A stretch of DNA of 64,000 nt from assembly GCF_009914755.1 (NCBI RefSeq), contig NC_060925.1; one strand, written 5' to 3'. The notes beneath the pieces are model-generated. The model had not been told where the DNA came from, made no database searches, and worked only from the letters and a program-made list of their open reading frames with translations. Below, one piece after another: positions 44,880 through 59,780 of the stretch. The translations under genes were made by a program, and so were the position numbers. Positions within the stretch are counted from its first letter, which is position 1; each line of letters starts with the position of its first letter. This stretch comes from the human T2T-CHM13v2.0 reference genome, Homo sapiens.

Positions 44880-46673
44880 CACTTCTTTGGTTAAATCAAT
44901 TTCTAGGTATTAATTTTAGTGGCTATTGTAAATGGGATTGCTTTTTTATTTCTTTTTCACATTGCTCACACTGTTGGCATATAGAAATGCTACTAATTTT
45001 TGCATATTGATTTTGTATCCTGCAACTTTACTGAATTTGTTTATCAGTTCTAATAGTTTTCTGGTGCAGTTTTAGATTTTTCCAAAATAAGTTCCTATCA
45101 TCTGTAAACAAGGGTAATTTGACTTCTTCCTTTCCAATTTGGATGCCAGTTTATTTCTTTATCTTGTATAATTGCTTTAGCTACTGTTTCCAGTACTATG
45201 CTGAATAACAGTGGTGAACTTTTTCAGTACCAATTGAAATGACCATGTAGTTTTTATTCTTTATTCTGTTGATATGATGTATCACATTGATTGATTTGCA
45301 TATGTTGAACCATCCTTACATCCCTGGGATAAATCCCACTTGGTCATGATGACTGATCTTTTTAATGTGTTGTTGAATTTCATTTGCTAGTATTTTGTTG
45401 AGGATTTCTGCAGCAATATTCATCAGGGATATTGGCCTGCAGTTTTCTTTCTTTTTTTTTTTAATGTGTCTTTTTCTGGTTTTGGTATCAGGGTAATACT
45501 GACCTTGTAGCATGAATTTGGCAGTATTCTTTCCTCCTCTATTTTTCAGAATAATTTAAGTAGGATTGGTGTTAGTTCTTCTTTAAATGTTTGGTAAAAT
45601 TCAGCAGTGAAGCCATTAAGTCCCAGGATTTCCTTTGCTAGGAGACTTTTTATTACAGCTTCAATCTTGGTACCAGTTTTTGGTCCGTTCAGATTTTAGT
45701 TTTCTTCATGGTTCAATCTTGGTAGGTTGAATATGCCTAAGAATTTATCCATTTCTTCTAGGTTTTCCAATTTATTGGCATATAATTGTTCATAGTAGCC
45801 TCTAACAAGCCTTTGAATTTCAGTTGTAATGTCCCCTTTTCTATCTCTAATTTTATTTATTTGGGTCTTCCCTCTTTTTCTTCTTAGTCTGACTAAAGTT
45901 TTGTCAATTTTGTTTACCTTTTAAGGAAACAAATTTTTTGTTTTGTTGATCTTTTGTATTGTTTGCTTCATTTCAATTTCATTTATCTCTGGTCTGATGT
46001 TTATTACTTCTATAAATTTTGTGTTTGGTTTGTTCTTTCTTTTCTAGTTATTTAAGATGTCTCATTAGGTTGTTTATTTGAAGTTTTTCTTCTTTTGATG
46101 TAAGCTTTTATAGCTATAAACTTCCTGCTTAGTACTGATTTTGCTGTATCTTATGGGCTTTGGTATGTTGTGTGCCCATTATCACTTGTTTGAAGAAAAT
46201 TTTAAATTCCCCTCTTAATCTTCGTTGACCCACTGGTCATTCAGAAGCATACTGTTTAATTTCCAGGTGTTTGTATTGTTTTCAAAATTGCTCTTGTTAT
46301 TGATTTCTAGTTTCATTCTATTGTGCTCAGAGAAGACAGTTGATATTACTTTAATTTTCTAAAATGTTTTAAGGCTTGTTTTGTGACCTAATATATGGTG
46401 TATCCTTGAGAATGATCCATGTGATGAGGAGAAGAAGGTGTACTCTGCAGCCATTAAATGAAATGTTCTCTAAACATCTATTAGGTCCATTTGGTCTATA
46501 GCGCAGATTACATCCGATGTTTCTTTGTTGATTTTCTGTCTTGACAATCTATCCAATGCTGAAAGTGGGGTGTTGAAATCTCCAGCTATTATTGTATTGG
46601 AGTTTATCTCTCTCTTTAGCACTAATAATATTTGCTTTATATATCTAGCTGCTCAGTTGTTGAGTGCAATTAT

Positions 46674-46695
46674 ACACACACACACACACACACAC
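46674..46695. repeat. (CA)n microsatellite
   Basis: Read directly. Confidence 0.9.
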
Positions 46696-47082
46696 TTATA
46701 TACAATTGTTATATCCTCTTGCTGAATTGACTCCTTTATCATTATATAGTGACCTTCCTTGTCTCTTTTTATAGTTTTGTCTTGAACTCTATTTTGCCTG
46801 ATATAAGTAGAATTACTCCTGCCATTTTTTGGTTTCCATTGGCATGGAATATCTTTTTTTGTCCCCTTATTTTTAGTCTATATGTGTCTTTATACGTACA
46901 GTGTGTTTCTTGTAGGCAACAGGCCATTGGATCTTATTTATCCATTCAGCCACTCTGTCTTTTGATTAGATATTTTAGTCCATTTACATTTAGTGTTGTT
47001 GTTGATAAGTAAGAGCTAAACCTTGCCATATTCTTATTAGTTTCGTTTCTTTTGTGGTCTTCTCTTCCTTCTTCTACATTCA

Positions 47083-47391
47083 TCCATTTTCACACAGCTA
47101 TAAAGAAATGCTTCAGACTGAGGCATTTGTAAAGGAAAGAAGTTTAATTGACGTGTAGTTCTGCATGGCTGGGGAGGCCCCAGGAAACTTACAATCATGG
47201 CAGAAGGCAAAGGGGAAGCAAGGCACATCTTACATGGTGGCCAGAGAAAGAGAGCATGCAGGGGAAACTGCCACTTTTAGAATATCACATCTTGTGAGAA
47301 CTTCCTCACTATCATGAGAACAGCATGGAGAAAACTGTCCCCATTATCTAATTACTTCCCACTAGGTCCCTCTCTTGACACATGGGGATTA
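47083..47391 (-). mobile_element. THE1D/MST-type MaLR LTR fragment lacking termini
   Basis: aaaggaaagaagtttaattgac...catggctggggaggccccaggaaacttacaatcatggcagaagg...cactatcatgagaacagcatgg...gacacatggggattac. Confidence 0.85.
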
Positions 47392-47840
47392 CTTTTAGTG
47401 AAGGTGGTTTTTCTCTGGTGGTATGTTTTAATTTATTGCTTTTAATTTTTTGTGTATCTGTTGTATGTTTAGATTTGAGGTTACCATGAAGCTTGCATAA
47501 ATAATGGGTTATAAGATATTATAACCCATTATTTAAACTGATGACAACTGAACAGGCATTACATAAACAAACAAGCAAAAAGAAAACTAGTAAAAACTCT
47601 ACTCTTTAAAGTTTAGCTCCTTGCCTTTTAACATTTTGTCATTTCTATTGATATCTTACTGTACTGTCTATGAGTTGAAAATTTGTTGTAATTATTATTT
47701 TGGTTGGTTCACTTTTTCATCTTTCTATTTAAGGTGTCAGTAGTTTACACACCACAATTATGGAGTTACAATAGTCAGTTCTCCATGTACTTACTATTAT
47801 CAATAAGTTTTGTACCTCCAGATGATTTCTTATTGTTCAC

Positions 47841-48273
47841 TGTGATGGTTAATACTGAGTGTCAACTTGTTGGGATTGAGGGATACAAAGTATTAATCTT
47901 GAGTGTGTCTGTGTGGGTGTTGCCAAAAGAGATTAACATTTGAGTCAGTGGGCTGGGGAAGGCAGATCTACCCTTAATCTGGTAGGCATAATCCAATCAG
48001 CTTCCAGTGAATATGAAGCAGGCAGAAAAACGTGAAAAGGAGAGATGGGCCTGTCCTCTCAGTCTACATTTTTGTCCAGTTCTGGTTACTTCCTGCCCTT
48101 GAACATCAGACTCCAAGGCCTTCAGTTTTGGGACTCAGACTGGCTCTGCTTTCTTCTCAGCTTGCAGGCAGCCTATTGTGGGACCTTGTGATCATGTAAG
48201 TTAATACTTAATAAACTCCTTTTTATGTATATGCTATTAGTTCTGTCCCTCTAAGAGAACTTTGACTAATACA
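47841..48273 (+). mobile_element. Second MLT2A solo LTR
   Basis: tgtgatggttaatactgagtgtcaac...gagaactttgactaataca; flanks ttcac / tttgc are compatible with a CpG-decayed ttcgc TSD. Confidence 0.92.
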
Positions 48274-49060
48274 TTTGCTAACATTTGTTTTTTTTAGATG
48301 GAAGAACTCCCTTTAGTATTTCTTGTAGGACAGGTCTGGCGTTGATGAAAACCCTCAGCTTTTGTTTCTCTTGAAAAGTCTTTATTTCTCCTTCATGTTT
48401 GAAGGATATTTTCACCGAATATATTATTCTAGGGTAAGTTTTTTCTTTCAGCACTTTAAATATGTCACACCAATCTTTCCTGGTCTGTAAGGTTTCTACT
48501 GAGAAGTCTACTGCCAGATGTACTGAAGCTTCATTGTATGTTATTTCTTTTTTTTCTCTTACTGCTTTTAGGATCCTTTCATGATCCTTGACCTTTGGCA
48601 GTTTAATTATTAAATGCCTTGAGGTAGTCTTCTTTGGGTTAAATCAGCTTGATGTTCCATAACCTTCTTGTACTTGAATGCTGATATCTTTCTCTAGGCT
48701 TGGGAAGTTCTCTGTTATTATCCCTTTGAGTAAACTTTCTACTCTGCCTCCTCTTTAAGGTCAATAACTCTTAAATTTGCCTTTCTGAGGCTATTTTCTA
48801 GATCTTGTAGGCATGCTTCCTTCCTTCTTATATTTTTTCCTTTGTCTCCTCTGATTATGTATTTTAATAGCCTGCCTTCAAGCTTACTAATTCTTGCTTC
48901 TGCCTGCTCAATGCTGCTATTAAGAGACTCTGATACATTCTTCAGTATGTCTATTGAATTGTTCAACTCCCAAATTTCTGTTCGGTTCTTTTTAATTATT
49001 TCAGTGTCTTTGTTACATTTATCTAATAATATTCTAAATTCCTTCTCTGTGTTATCTTGA

Positions 49061-49381
<321 letters not shown>

Positions 49382-52300
49382 TAAGTTTTCTCAAAATAGC
49401 TATTTTGAATTCTCTGTCTGAAAGGTCAAATATCTCTGTCTCTCTGGGACTGGTCTTTCATGTCTCAGAGACTTTATTTAGTTTGTTTGGAAAGGTCATG
49501 TTTTACTGGATCGTCTTTATGCTTGGGGATGTTTTTTGGTGTCTGGCTATTGAAGAGTTAGGTATGTACTGTAAGTTCACAGTCTGGGCTTGCTTGTACC
49601 CATTCTTCTTGGGATTGCTTTCCAGATATTCAGAGGGACTTGAGCGTTGTGATGTAAGTTTTTGGTCACTGCAGCCATATCTGCATTAAGGGGTATGCCA
49701 AGCACAGTAATGCTGTGGTTCTTACAGACTCATAGAGGTACCACTTTGGTGGTCTTGGATAAGATCTGGAAGAATTCTTTGGATTCCCAGGCAGACTCTT
49801 GTTCCCTTCCCTTACTTTTCCCCAAACAAATGGAGTCTCTCTGTGCTCAGCTGCCTAGAGCAGGGGGAGGAGTGGCATAAGCATCTCTGGCCACTACCAC
49901 TGGGACTGCACTAGGTCAGACCTGAAGCCAGCACAGCACTGGGTCCTGCCCAAGGCCCAATGTAATCACTACCTAATCACTACATCACTACTGCCTATAT
50001 TCACTCAAGGCCCTAGGGTTCTATAATTAGCAGGTGGTAAAGCCACCCAGTCTTGCGTTTTTCCCTTCAGGGTGATGAGTTCCCCCAGGCCCCAGGCAGG
50101 TCCAGAGATTCTGTCCAGTAGCCAGGGCCTGGAGTTGGAAACCTTAGCAATCTATCTGGTGTTCTAGTCTACTGTGACTGAGCTGGCACCCAAACCACAA
50201 GACAAAGTCTTTTCCATTATTTTCTTCCCTTTCCCCAGGCAGAGAAGTCTTCTCCACATCCATGATCACCACAGGCCCATGGGGAGTACTGCCAGGATAC
50301 CACTGATGTTTACTTAACCCAAGGGCTCCTCAGTCAGCTTGCGGTGAATGCTGCCAGGCCTGGGACTCAACCTTCAGGGCAGTGAGCTCCCCTCTGGCAC
50401 AGGGTAGGTCCAGAAATGCCTTCTAAGAGTCAAGTCCTGGAATTAGGGACCCCAAAAGCCTGCTTATTGCTCTCTCCCTTTGAGGCTGAGCTGGTACCTA
50501 AGCTACAAGACAAAGTCCCCTTTACTCTTCCCTCTGCTTTTTTCAAGCAGAAGGCATCCCTTCTGATAGCTACCACAGCTTTGAATGTGCTGGGTCACAC
50601 CTGAAGCAAGCGTGTCTCAGAGTCTCACCCAAGGTCCATGATGTGTACTACCTCATCACCACTGCTGATTATTCATGGCCCAGGGGCTCTTTAGTCAGAA
50701 GGTGATGAGTCCTGCCAGGACTGGGTCCTTCCCTTCAAGGCCGTGAGTTCCCTTCTGGCCTAGGGTGTGTATAGAAGTGTCATCTGGGAGCTAGGGCCTG
50801 GAATGGAGGCCTCACTACTCTGTCTTGTGCCCTAGCCTACTGTGGCTGATCTGGTATCCAAGTAGTAAGACACAGTCCTCTATACTCTTCCCTTTCCTCT
50901 CCTCAAGCAGAATGAAGGAGTCTATTTTGGAGCTGTGAGTTGCATTGCCCAGGACTGAGGGAGTGGTGATGCAAACACTCTCTTAGCCACCCCAGCTGAT
51001 ATCTCTCTAGGTTGCATGTGCCCCAAGTCCACTAACTCCAAGCCCAGCACAGCACTAGAACTTGCAGTCTTTGTGGCCTAGACTGCCTTATAAGTTTATT
51101 TAGGACCCCACAGCACTCCAGCCCATAGTGGCAAGGCTTGTTAAAACTCAAATTCTGACCACTGGGATGGATGAATCTCCTCTTGCTAGGAATCACCTAA
51201 ATGCTCCTTCCATGAGCATCGTCTGAGTTCTGCCTAGTGTTGGCAGCACTGAGTTCCATTGCAAATTTCCACAATCACTGTGCTCTCCCTCCCCAAGTGT
51301 ACTCATTCTGTCTCCACACCACCTGGTCACTGCAGGGTGAGTGGGGGAGTGGTGGCATCAGCAATTCAAGGCTATCTTTTCTACCCTCTTCAGTGCCTCT
51401 TTCAGCAATATGAAATTAAATCCAGATACTGTAATTGGTCTCCTGATTTTTGCTTCTGATTAATTCTCTCCTGTGTGTAGATAGTTGCTAAATTTGGTGT
51501 TCCTGTGGTGGGGACAATCAGTGGAGGTTTCTATTTGGCCATTTTCCTCTGCCTCCAATCTAACTGGTGCCTTTAGACTAGTAGTATTCAAAGGGATTAT
51601 TGAGATAGTTAGAATAATATCTACCACATTTATTTCTATTTTCTATTTTTTGCCCTTGCTCTTTGCTTCTATTTTGTCTCCTACTCTTTTTCTGCTTTAT
51701 GTAGCGTTGAGTATCTTACATTATTCCATTTTCTCTTCTTTCTTAGCATATCAGTTACTTTTCTCTTTTTACTTTTTAGTAGTTGCCCTAGAATTTGCAA
51801 TATGCATTTACAATTAATCCAAGTCCACTCTCAAATAACATTATACCGTTATAACTTTATCAATAGTGTGAGTGCCTTATAATAACAAAATAAACCTAAT
51901 TGTTCCCTTCCATCCCTTGTATCATTATTGTTGTTCATTTTGCTCATATATAAGCATATGTAAGCATATATGTATACATAAGCAAACATAAATACCTTAT
52001 TGCTATTATTGTTTTGAACAAATTGTTAACTGTTATATCAATTAAGAATTTGTTTAGAGTTTTGATTTTACCTTCACATATCCCTTCATTGATGCTCTTT
52101 CTTTCTTTATGTAGATCTGAGTTTCTGACATATTATTTTCTTTCTCTCTAAAAAATGTATTTTAACATTTTTTGCAAGGCAAGCCCACTGGCAACAAATT
52201 TCCTCAATTTTAGTTTGGGAAAGTCTTTATTTCTCCTTCACTTTTAGGAATAATTTTGCAGTTTACAGAATTCTAAGTTTGTGGTATTTTCTCCCAAAAC

Positions 52301-54624
52301 TTTAAACGTTTCAATCCATCCTCTTCTTGCTTGCATAGTTTCTGAGAAGGCTGATGTAGTTCTTATCTTTGTTCCTCTGTAGGTAAGGTGTTTCTCCCTC
52401 TGGCTTCTTTCAGAATTTGTTCTTTCTTTTTGATTTTCTGTAGTTTGAAAATGATATGCCTAGGTATACTTTTTTGGGCATTCATTATACATGGTGTTCT
52501 CTGAACTTCCTGGGACTGTGGTTTGTCATCTGACATTATTTAGTGAACTTCTCAGCCATTATTTTTTCAAGTATTTTTTGTTGTTGTTCATTTCTCTCTT
52601 TCTTCTCTTTCTGGCAGTCCCACTGCACATATATTACACCTTTTGTAGTTCTACCACAGTTCTTGGATATGCTGTTCTGTTTTTTTCAGTCTTTGTTCTC
52701 TTTGCTTTTCAGTTTGGGAAGTTTCTATTGATATTCCCTTAAGCTCAGAGATTCTTTCCTCAGCTGTGTCCAGTCTAGTAATAAGACCATTGTTCTTTAT
52801 TTATTTTACAGTGGTTTTTATGTCTAGCATTTCTTTTTGATTCTTTCTTAGGATTTCTATGTCTCTGCTTACATTGCCCATCTCTTCTTACATGCTGTCT
52901 GCTTTATCCATTAGAGCCCTTAGCATAGTAATAATAGCTGTTTTCAATCCCCAGTCTGCTAATTCCAACATCCTTGCCATGTCTCACTCTGATGTGTGCT
53001 CTATCTCTTCAAAGTGTGTTTCCTGCTTCTTCGTATGCCTTGTAATTTTTTACTGATAGCTGGGCATGGTGTACCAGGTAAAAGAAACTGCTGGAAATAG
53101 GTCTCCAGTAATGTGGTGCTAAGATATGGGGAGAGGAGAAGTGTTCTATAGTCCTATGAGCAAGTCTCAGTCTTTTTGTGAACTTATGCCTCTAGACTGT
53201 GAACTTCACAAGTGTTTCTCAGTTCTTTCCTGTCTCCTTCAATGGGAGAGGATGGCTAGAGCTGTGTGGAGCTGAGTATTTCCCTTCCTTGGGTCAATTA
53301 GGCTCTGATAATACCTTAGCAGGTTAAGCTCTGGTTAACTACTTTCTTCCAAGGGCAAGCTTTCTTAAGAACAAAGTGTTCTAGCACATTTAAAAATGGT
53401 TTTGTTTTCCCTCCTGCTATAGACATGAGTGAATTTTTCTCCGATATTTACTCTGTTAAACTGGTTGAACCCCTGGAGGTAAATATCACAAAAGTGTTGA
53501 GCACCCTCCATGACTGGGTCACTCTGGAGTTTTTAACTCTAAGACTTGTCCACACTGAGCCTCCAGCAATATGTTTATAGTTTATAGTTCTGGTTTGCCT
53601 CCTCAGGCTCTGATTCTTGCAGCATTTCCACTCATGAGTGCCTACTCTGGTAAACCATGACTCCTTGTATTGGCTTATCTCTCTCCAATCTTGAGGGAAG
53701 CAGTTTGCCTTTTTTCCTCACCTATCTTATGGATCCTAGAAGAGTTGACTATTTTTCAGTCTGCTCAGCTTTTTACTTGATGTTAGGATGAAGTGACAGC
53801 TTCTAAGCTCCTTACATGTGAAACCAGAAACTGAAATTCTTCATCCTGTTATAGTTCTTTAAGATAAACCTTGATTTGAATCCCATAAATTAAATGTGGC
53901 TAACCATTAAGATTTTTTTACATTATTTAGGCATTGTTAAAAAGAACATCGATTTTGAGGCTCAGATACATTATGGCACTACCTTCTGATTTGGTTGATT
54001 GGCAACATATTCTACAACCTAAATTCACTTTGGAAGGATTCCAAGTGAATTATCAACTAAAACTCCATGCAGAGACCACAAAGGGCAAAATGAGAATCAG
54101 GCCATTTTTCACTTGATGTTTCTGTTTCTTGTTGTCATCTCCTTTCTTCATTTCCAATGCAGGAAATAGCACCCTAATGCAAACCTAGTTGAATAGTTAA
54201 TGTGAGCTTACCCTAGCTTCCTGGATGTTCCAGCCGTAACAAAATTTCCAAACTGTTAAGTTGAAACCTATACATACTTTTAAGGATTAACACTAATATA
54301 CATACCTGTACTGCATAGATTAAGAGTCCTACAAAGGCTTGCATGATCCTCTAAGGTCAAACATGAGGGAATATACTAAAGAAAAAATTAATAAAATTTC
54401 AACTGAATTAAATAATTTAGCAAAGCCCTTTTTCCATAAACTTATACAATACACATTTTTATGATATGTCACGCATATAAACATCTCATTAAACCTACCT
54501 TAAATATATTCCTGACTTGTACTTTAATGACAAATTAATAATTTAGAGCAGTAGAGTCAGTGGGGAAAAAAATTGTCCAAGAAATATATCCAAGTGTGAT
54601 TCACTTTCTAAATTTGTATTTGAA

Positions 54625-54820
54625 TTTTTTTTTTTTTTTTTTTGAGACGGATTCTCGCTGTCTCCCAGGCTGGAGTGCAGTGGTGTGATCTCGGCTCACT
54701 GCTAGCTCCGCCCCCCTGGTTCGTGCCATTCTCCTGCCTCAGCCTTCTGAGTAGCTGGGACTACAGGCACCAGCTATCACGCCCGGCTAATTTTTTTTTG
54801 TATTTTTAGTAGAGATGGGG
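54625..54820 (-). mobile_element. 5'-truncated AluY-type element
   Basis: gctagctccgcc..ggttcgtgccattctcc..gggactacaggc (AluY-like diagnostics); TSD taaatttgtatttgaatttt (54609- / 54821-). Confidence 0.9.
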
Positions 54821-54922
54821 TAAATTTGTATTTGAATTTTTAAAAGAAGGAATTAAATGCAGATATCTGTGATCTCTTTCACTAAATGATCTTTCAAGTG
54901 TTTTTTGAGTTAAACTTTTGTC

Positions 54923-55850
<928 letters not shown>

Positions 55851-55954
55851 TTAAAATAAGTACATAATTTGAATGCCACTAATTCAGGTTAGTCCATATC
55901 TTCCAAAACCAGGCCAAATTGGTGATATTTCCTGGTACAAATATAGGGAAAGTG

Positions 55955-56030
55955 AAATGCTTAGCAAACTATGACTAGCACACAGTAGATACTCAATAAA
56001 TCTTTGTTGAATTATTCAATGAATGAATTC
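55955..56030 (+). mobile_element. L2 3' end
   Basis: gcacacagtagatactcaataaatctttgttgaa..aatgaatgaat. Confidence 0.65.
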
Positions 56031-56238
56031 TATAAAACCAGGAACTGAAAAACCAATGTGGATCTTTTTCTTTTCACAAAACGTCAACTCAAAAACATAG
56101 GAAAGGTCTCTTAGGGAAAGAGAAAGTGCACTTAATTCATTCTACATGAATATCCAAAAAATTTTAAAATAAATTTATGAAATGAATTTGTCCTGGATGT
56201 ATTTCTTGAACCATTTTTTTAAAAGATGGTTCACTATC

Positions 56239-57199
56239 CAGGCAACCTACAGAATGGGAGAACATTTTTGCAATCTACCCATCTGACAAAGGGCTAATAC
56301 CCAGAATCTACAAAGAACTTAAACAAATTTGCAAGAAAAAAACAAACGACCCCATCAAAAAGTAGGCAAAAGATATGAACAAACACTTTTCAAAAGAAGA
56401 CATTTATGCAGCCAACAGACACATGAAAAAATGCTCACCATCACTGGTCATCCAAGAAATGCAAATCAAAACCACAATGAGATATCATCTCACACCAGTT
56501 AGAATGGCGATCATTAAAAAGTCAGGAAACAACAGATGCTGGAGAGGATGTGGAGAGACAGGAACACTTTTACACTGTTGGTTGGACTATAAACTAGCTC
56601 AACCGTTGTGGAAGACAGTGTGGCAATTCATCAAGGATCTAGAACTAGAAATACCATTTGACCCAGCAATCCCATTACTGGGTATATACCTAAAGGATTA
56701 TAAATCATGCTACTATAAAGACATATGCACACGTATGTTTATTGCAACACTATTCACAATAGCAAAGACTTTGAACCAACCCAAATGTCCATCAGTGATA
56801 GACTGGATTAAGAAAACGTGGCACATATACACCATGGAATACTATGTGGCCATAAAAAATGATGAGTTCATGTCCTTTGCAGGGACATGGATGAAGCTGG
56901 AAACCATCATTCTTAGCAAACAATCACAAGGACAGATAACCAAACACCACCTGTTCTCACTCATAGGTGTGAATTGAACAATGAGAACATTTGGACATAG
57001 GAAGGGGAACATCACACACCAGGGCCTGTCATGGTATGGGGGGCTGGGGGAGGGATAGCATTAGGAGAAATACCTAATGTAAATGACGAGTTAATGGGTG
57101 CAGCACACCAACATGGCACATGTATACATATGTAGCAAACCTGCATGTTGTGCATATGTACCCTAGAACTTAAAGTATAATAAAAAATAAATTAATAAA
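56239..57199 (+). mobile_element. 5'-truncated L1PA (~PA5-7), ~960 bp
   Basis: ORF2 C-terminal 200 aa open (56375-56977); 3' UTR and A tail; perfect 18-bp TSD aaaagatggttcactatc (56221-56238 / 57200-57217); EN site tttt/aaaa. Confidence 0.96.
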
Positions 57200-57394
57200 A
57201 AAAGATGGTTCACTATCACTACTGTTTTAAATTATTAATTTGCCATTGAAGTATAATTCATGAAAACATTTAAAGTAGGTTTTGTGAGAGGTATTTATGC
57301 AGGCACACCATGAAATAGCATTTTCTATAACTTCATGAGTATATAAATAAATACAATTATTTTTGAAATATTCAATGAAAGAGTTTTGCTGATA

Positions 57395-57833
57395 TGATTA
57401 TATAAATGTGCTTCTCAGATCTCCTGCAGTGGAGAGCAAAATTCACCAAAGCCTCGGCTGCTCATGCCCTTCAAGATCTACCCCAACCCCAGCCTGATCA
57501 TGGCAAGACCACGTTCCCAGAAAATGGATATGGTGGGGGACAAGCTTAGTCCTGCAAGGCATGGCATTTCTTAAATGAGTTGCTTTGGCTCAAGAACTCT
57601 TTATTGGCCTGACCAAAACTCTTAAATATGGCTTTAGTCTGCAACTCCTACTACTGACTCCTTCCTTCCTCCTCTTCCTCACAGAGAGCCAATCTACATT
57701 GCACACCATCTGAATGTTCTTTCCACTTTCTCTGGCTCCTTCCCCTTTATATTTCACAGATATTTCCCCCAATAAATCTCCTGCACTCCTAACCCCACCT
57801 TTGTATCTGTTTCTCAAGCCAATCTAAAGAACA
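57395..57833 (+). mobile_element. ERVL solo LTR (LTR16A-like)
   Basis: cttctcagatctcctgc...actgactccttccttcctcc...tttcccccaataaatctcctgcactcctaacccc...tctgtttctc. Confidence 0.7.
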
Positions 57834-58391
57834 AAGCTGAATAATTCAGTTTAGTAGAAAGTTTATTGATTGTTTTCTCTTTAAAATCTTCTCTGGGATT
57901 TGAGGATCATGCAGGGTTTTATAGAACTCTTATCCTATCCAGTATAGATGTACATACTAATATTAACCATTAATATATGTATAGAATTCTACTTAACAGT
58001 ACGGAGCTTTTATTGAGACTGGGAAGGACAGCAGGACAAGGCAAGCCCCAAATAGCTGTTCAATTAGGTCTGCCTGAGATGCTAGGCCCCTGGACTGGAA
58101 CTGGAGAAAGGTGTTGAAAATCAGAAAGAGAGAAACATGGCCTCCTTCTCATTTAGCCCATTGTTGACCCTGCTTCTGAAATGCTTCTAAAGTAAACTCA
58201 GGTTGTTGAACATGAAAGCCAGTCAACCAAATCCAGGAGATATTGCCATTATGTCTTGGAACTCAAGAATTATTATAACATTTCTTTAGGATCAAATTGT
58301 GGTTAAAAAAATGAATCTTAGTGGTGAGTCATGCCTTGATTTGTGAAATTAAAGCGAAGTTTAGCTTTGAAGATCTTATAAAACTTCCCTA

Positions 58392-58738
<347 letters not shown>

Positions 58739-59659
58739 GATGTGATTTTTTTTGGTCAAAAAAGTATTCTTATATTTAAAGAGCTCTCAAACATATGCTT
58801 GCATGTTAGTTAATTTTAAACACCGCAGTTTACTCCAATTTAACCTTCACCACTAGGCTGACAACTCTCTAGATGTGTCCTTGTTTATCCAATGTAATGG
58901 TTCTTTTTCTACATGTATAATTTCATATCAAGCAACAACAATTTTAATGTTGTTTTCTTATTACAAACAGGAAAATATTTGTGAAAGAATGTCCGGAAGA
59001 GAAGAGTAATAAGTTGCATGACCTGTAAAAACATTAAAATGTAACATAAAAACTACAGTAAATAACTACCATGAATTGGTTGACAAAACAGAGAAAACAT
59101 TATTTGCAGTGATTATAATTGCATACCTGTACAGAAGCAAGGTTTTAGTATTAACTATCAAGGGACACAACTGAGGCATCTGTAAGACATATGAGAAAAA
59201 GAGTAGAATGTTGTAGAATTTTGAAAGATGTGAATAAATGAAAAGGCCACCTAGTCTTGCTGAGGGTATACATGGTGTTTGGTAGCCTGTGAAGGGAGCC
59301 ACCACAAAGATCCCCCCCAAAGTAACAGATTCCCAGGTTCCAGCCACATCGCATGTTTCCTTCGCAAGTACAAGGCTGAATTCCCTTGTCCCAACAGGAG
59401 TGTCCTTTGAAAGAAATGTAATCACAAGTACATCACATTGTGCCTACATATTTCAATGCCTTTGCTTGGCCATAAAAAAGTAGGGGGTGCAGGGCATAGT
59501 GGAACTATAGCATGTGAAGGGGAGTTATGGCATAGACCAGCCACACTCCCTTCCAAAGACTACTGCCAGAGATAAACTCTGGGTTTAAATAAGATGATCC
59601 ATAATTTACTAATATGTTTTCCTAATTGTAAATCAAGTATCTCCCCCAAAGCCAGTTCT

Positions 59660-59780
59660 ATTAGAATATGAACTCAGGAGCAGACATCTTTGCAGGTTTT
59701 GCTCACTGTTTTATCCCAAGCACCAAGTATAGTTCCTGGCACAGAGTAAACACTCAAAAAACTAACTGTGTATTGAATAA
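59660..59780 (+). mobile_element. L2 3' end
   Basis: tagaatatgaactc..gagcagaca...gctcactgttttatcccaagcacc..agttcctggcacagagtaaacactcaa. Confidence 0.65.

Noticed and set aside
44419-48273. Two same-orientation MLT2A LTRs as the ends of a HERV-L provirus
   Set aside because: The DNA between them is antisense L1, not gag/pol; each LTR has its own flanking duplication and the two differ substantially
52361-52388. Recursive-splice-like motif (pyrimidine tract, tag|gtaagg)
   Set aside because: It lies within antisense L1M sequence where such motifs are common, and no host transcript is established
56375-56977. Open 200-aa ORF as a gene
   Set aside because: It is the ORF2 C-terminus of a promoterless 5'-truncated L1PA; openness is expected for a young copy
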